A stretch of 64,000 nucleotides of DNA, from assembly GCA_039621445.1 (NCBI GenBank), contig CP154954.1, forward strand, positions 20,384,642-20,448,641. The letters are read 5' to 3'. The notes beneath the pieces were generated by a model. That model was not told the DNA's origin. It worked only from the letters and a program-made list of their open reading frames with translations, and did no database searches. Made by a program: the position numbers and the translations under genes. Of this stretch, positions 60,461 through 64,000 are shown piece by piece; position 1 is the first letter of the stretch, and each line of letters opens with the position of its first letter. The DNA is from Euglena gracilis (lineage: Eukaryota).

Positions 60461-60551
60461 GGGGGTGCCGTCAATTAGGGGGAGGTGCCGTCGATTAGGG
60501 GGGGGGGGTACCGTCAATTAGGGGGGTACCTTCAATTGGGGGAAGCAATGT

Positions 60552-60612
60552 CCTAACCTTAACCCTAACCCTAACCCTAACCCAAGCCCTAACCCTAACC
60601 CTAACCCTAACC
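60552..60612. repeat. Interstitial telomere-like (CCCTAA)n
   Basis: About 10 units, some degenerate. Confidence 0.9.
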
Positions 60613-62284
60613 GGCATTCTGCAAGCCCGGCAGCCTTGCGCGAGGAATAAAAGATAGAGCCATTTGCTTCATCTTTGGTGCCATGGCTGTGAAGCATGCA
60701 GGTTGGATGCCCCCGGGCAGTCAATTAGGGGGGGGGTTTCCCCGGGGTGTTTGGTCAAATAGGGGGGGGAGGGTTCAATTAGGGGGGGGGTAGCACTTTT
60801 TATAAAGAACTTCCAAAAAAAAAGTGCTCAAAAATTGACGTTTTTGGGACGTTTTCAAAAATCACTTTTTGGCAAATGTGATTAAAATTGACCATTTTTT
60901 GCGAACATCCAAAAAAGTTGCCAAAAATGACCCCTTTTGGGTTGCCCGAGGGTCGGGTATGGGAATAGCTCGGGGGGGGGGACCTAGGTCCCCCCCCCCC
61001 GAGTTGTTGTTCCCTCCCCCCCCATACCGTTCCCATTCGGCCGTAAAGGGTCCCGGGGACGGGAATAGCTCGGGAGGGGGAGGGGGGGGATTGGTATTCA
61101 CGGGGCCCCGCGCCCCCCCCCCCAAGTGGAGGTTAAGCAGTAGGGGGGGGGGGGGGGGGGTTGCTCCTTTTCCTCTCAAAATGGTCATTTTGAGGTTGAA
61201 TGGTTCGTGGAATTTTATCAAAATTTCCGAAAAAATGTCATTTTTGGCCATTTTTGGCCAAAAAAAAGTGCCCTTGTGGTGACCTTCACCGGTGAAATTC
61301 ACTGTTGGTTAGGCAGAGGGGGACACCGGAGGGGCAGACGGCAATCCCGGATGGTGGTGAACCTGGACCGGTTAAAAAGTAGACCAGAATTACAGGAGGC
61401 AATGCAAGTGGTGGCACACTGAACTGACACGTAGCGAGCAAGTTTCAGCGCAAAACATATGATCACAAATCCGTTGTCAGCATGGTCAAAAAGCCAACAA
61501 CTGCACAAGGGCGTCGTGGTGGACACCCTACCACCTCCCAGGCGGGAATACACCTTTGTGACCTCAGTGAATCTTTTGTGAACAAAACTACAAACAAAGA
61601 AAGAGTGCCCCCACCTGTGCCAACAAACTGGCCCCAAAATCTTTTGCCATAAATGCCCTTAATACTATGACACAAACTGGCCCCAAAATGCGGCACCAAA
61701 CTGGCCCAAGACATGACACCGATTCCGAACTGAACTGGAAATGTTGACTTCCCAGAGTGGGGGGGAAGGGGGGGTCCGGCACCCAAGGCGCCAAAAATTT
61801 GCTGAAAAAAAATGCCTTGATCAGTGTGCGCCCGTCGTTCCGTTTTTCGTTTTTTTCCCGATGGGGATCTCGGGACCCCACTGTTCACTTCCGAAGTGAA
61901 CTGAACAAGAGGGGGGGGGGAGGAGGGTTCCGGGGATTGTGGGGAAGCCCGTGAATTTGGGTAACGGTTTTAACCCAGAATCGGGGGTCAGTCACGATTC
62001 CCGGCGTGGAAGCGGGGGGCAACTTCGGTGCCCCCCGTTTCCACGCCAGGGCCCCAAGATGTGGTACCAAAATGGCCCCAAGATGTGGCACCAAACTGGC
62101 CCCAAGACTGGCTCAGTGGTTTGGCAGAATTCCGAAAGGTTTTGGCCATTGCGACCACCAGTGGATTGCATATGCAGGCTGTTATTGCAACCTTTCTTCG
62201 CTTCATGTTCCATATGTGTTTTGCTTTCTCTTTCAAGCATTCCCTGACAAAAAAAAATTTGTCAGCCAAGGTTCCAAAGGTTTG

Positions 62285-63600
62285 GAACTTAGGCCCCCCT
62301 GGTCACCATTGGCAAGGCTTGTCCCTCATATGGGAAAAGGAAATCTCAAAGCAATTAGTTTGGAGCTTCTTAACTAACCTCTGCGGTGGGTGACACTCTC
62401 CGCCGCCTTGTGGGCAAAGCCGTTTTAGCAACTGGGGTTGGCCCAATTCTCTCCCGCCCAGGTGGGCGTGGGTGTTTCCAGAGCAGCCGAAACGGTTGGA
62501 ATAGGCTTGCAACAACTCATTCGGAAACTGGACCCACAAACTTGGCAATTCTACAACTGGATTTCCGGAACGCGTTTAATTGCATCGACCAAACGCTGCT
62601 ATTAACTGCACAGAGCAGTCCCGTCATTATACAATTATTTGCATTTCGCGTACAGCTCTCCGAGCCCATTATTCTGTGACGGCCAAACACAACAAGGTTG
62701 CCCACTGGGACCGGTGAGCTTTGCGATGGGTCTGGAGCCAATTGTGGAAACCATACACCGCTCTGCGGAGCTTTTATGGTCTGTTTGGTACCTTGACGAT
62801 GGCCTTCTGGTGGGAGACCCGGAAAGAATTCAGCGGTGCCTACAATTCATCAAAGGCGAATCCGAGCGTGTTGGTATTCAGCTCAATTTGGGAGGGGACC
62901 AGCTGCCACCCAGGCGGGCTGCCACGGGGACCTAAAGGTCATTCCCTGAGAACCAAATTTCAGAATAACAGTCTTGGGGGCCCCAATTGACTTCCCAACA
63001 ACACAAGCACACAATGCAGACTCCTGGTCAGAGGCAACCAACAAAATTGAACAGATGGCCGAAACAGTCACACAGTTGGCTGACCCACAACTGGCGCACC
63101 ACTTAATACATTTTTGATTAGACAAGGTTCCCGGGCTGTTTTTAAACAAGTTGTTTAAAACAGATTTTTTTCCTATTTGTAGTGTTTTATTTTTAAAAAA
63201 CACCCTTTTTTAAAACAAAAACCGTTTTTAAACCGTTTTTTTATTCATGAAAAAACAATAACTTTTTTTGCTTTGTTTTAAAGCAAAAAAAAAACGGGAA
63301 CCTTGTGCCTAGACGGCTGCCGCGTAAACCACCTGCTGAGGAATTCGGATTTGTACGGCTGTCAAGACAGCATTGCTGCGTGCTCTGAGGTCATACTGCA
63401 GGCGTTTCAAGACGTTGTTGGTAACAGCCTGTCTGCAGAACAAAGGATGCAAGCTTCACTGCCACTATCAAAAAGGGGCTGCGGTCTGCAGATTCCTGCT
63501 TTGACGCAAATCGCAGCATGCATGGCTGCCCTATGCTCCTTCTTCACAAACGGCCACAGGTTGGTTGCCCCGGCGTATGCGACAACACCTGACAGAGAAA
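62285..63600 (+). pseudogene. Decayed non-LTR retrotransposon reverse transcriptase (CRE/SLACS-like)
   Basis: Fragments TLRRLVGK, QLDFRNAFN, QQGCPLGP, WYLDDG, GIQLN, VNHLLR and QASLPLSKRGCGL are spread over shifted frames. Confidence 0.85.
63123..63305. mobile_element. AT-rich hAT-like MITE inserted in the RT remnant
   Basis: TIR CAAGGTTCCCG / CGGGAACCTTG, with flanks TGATTAGA / TGCCTAGA (6 of 8). Confidence 0.75.
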
Positions 63601-64000
63601 CTACACTCCCCGTCACCACGGCTCGGCCCCAAGGGCGCCCCACACCACACGGCGCTCGGAGGTTTGGCACGTCTGACGAGGACCCTCGGCCACCAGGGGG
63701 GGGGGGGGTCCCCATTTTGCTGTGGCGAGGGGGTTAGTCCCCCAGGCGGGGTCCACCGTGGCGGACAGCCCGAATTTCCCAAAGGAATATTCATTGGTAT
63801 GGTTCAGCATGCCGTGCCGAGGAGGTCGGCTGACCAGGGGGGGTCCCCATTTTGCCGTGCCGAGGGGGTCCGACCACCAGGGGGGGGGGTGGCTGCCGAA
63901 CCTCCCTCCTGACCGTTGCTCCTTCCGACCCCTCACCGTGGCTGGGGGGAGATGGGCTCGTCAAGGCCGAGGATTACACCCGTGCGGAGCTGGCACCCAT

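Overview
Eukaryotic nuclear DNA, most probably from a euglenid. This is inferred from a mix of GT-AG introns with GTGYG-like donors and non-GT-AG stem-forming introns. The window is very repeat-rich, and most six-frame ORFs are spurious. Two spliced, convergent genes could be rebuilt by hand. (1) A plus-strand GH31 alpha-glucosidase-like gene with a trefoil domain has at least 24 in-frame exons (~14.8-40.3 kb). Its catalytic nucleophile motif WIDMNEP reads WLKANAP, so it is probably a pseudoenzyme. (2) A minus-strand Pro/Val/Ala/Gln-rich protein gene with an LDAADG motif and QYV repeats lies at ~42.5-49.3 kb. The rest is MITEs, hAT transposase remnants, a decayed CRE-like non-LTR retrotransposon, satellites and microsatellites. 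Main finding: two non-conventional introns are complete hAT-type MITEs (CAG...CTG termini, near-perfect 8-bp target-site duplication). Splicing 3 nt before the left terminal repeat and 5 nt after the right one removes the element plus exactly one 8-bp TSD copy, which restores the reading frame. The same MITE families sit elsewhere in the window with perfect TSDs, and other non-conventional introns show progressively decayed TSDs. An 886-bp element with CAGGGAT TIRs carries a hAT transposase fragment. Together this looks like a hAT-driven intron-generating system that would explain the +4/-6 pairing register of euglenid non-conventional introns. All splice assignments are predictions from sequence and protein homology, with no RNA evidence.
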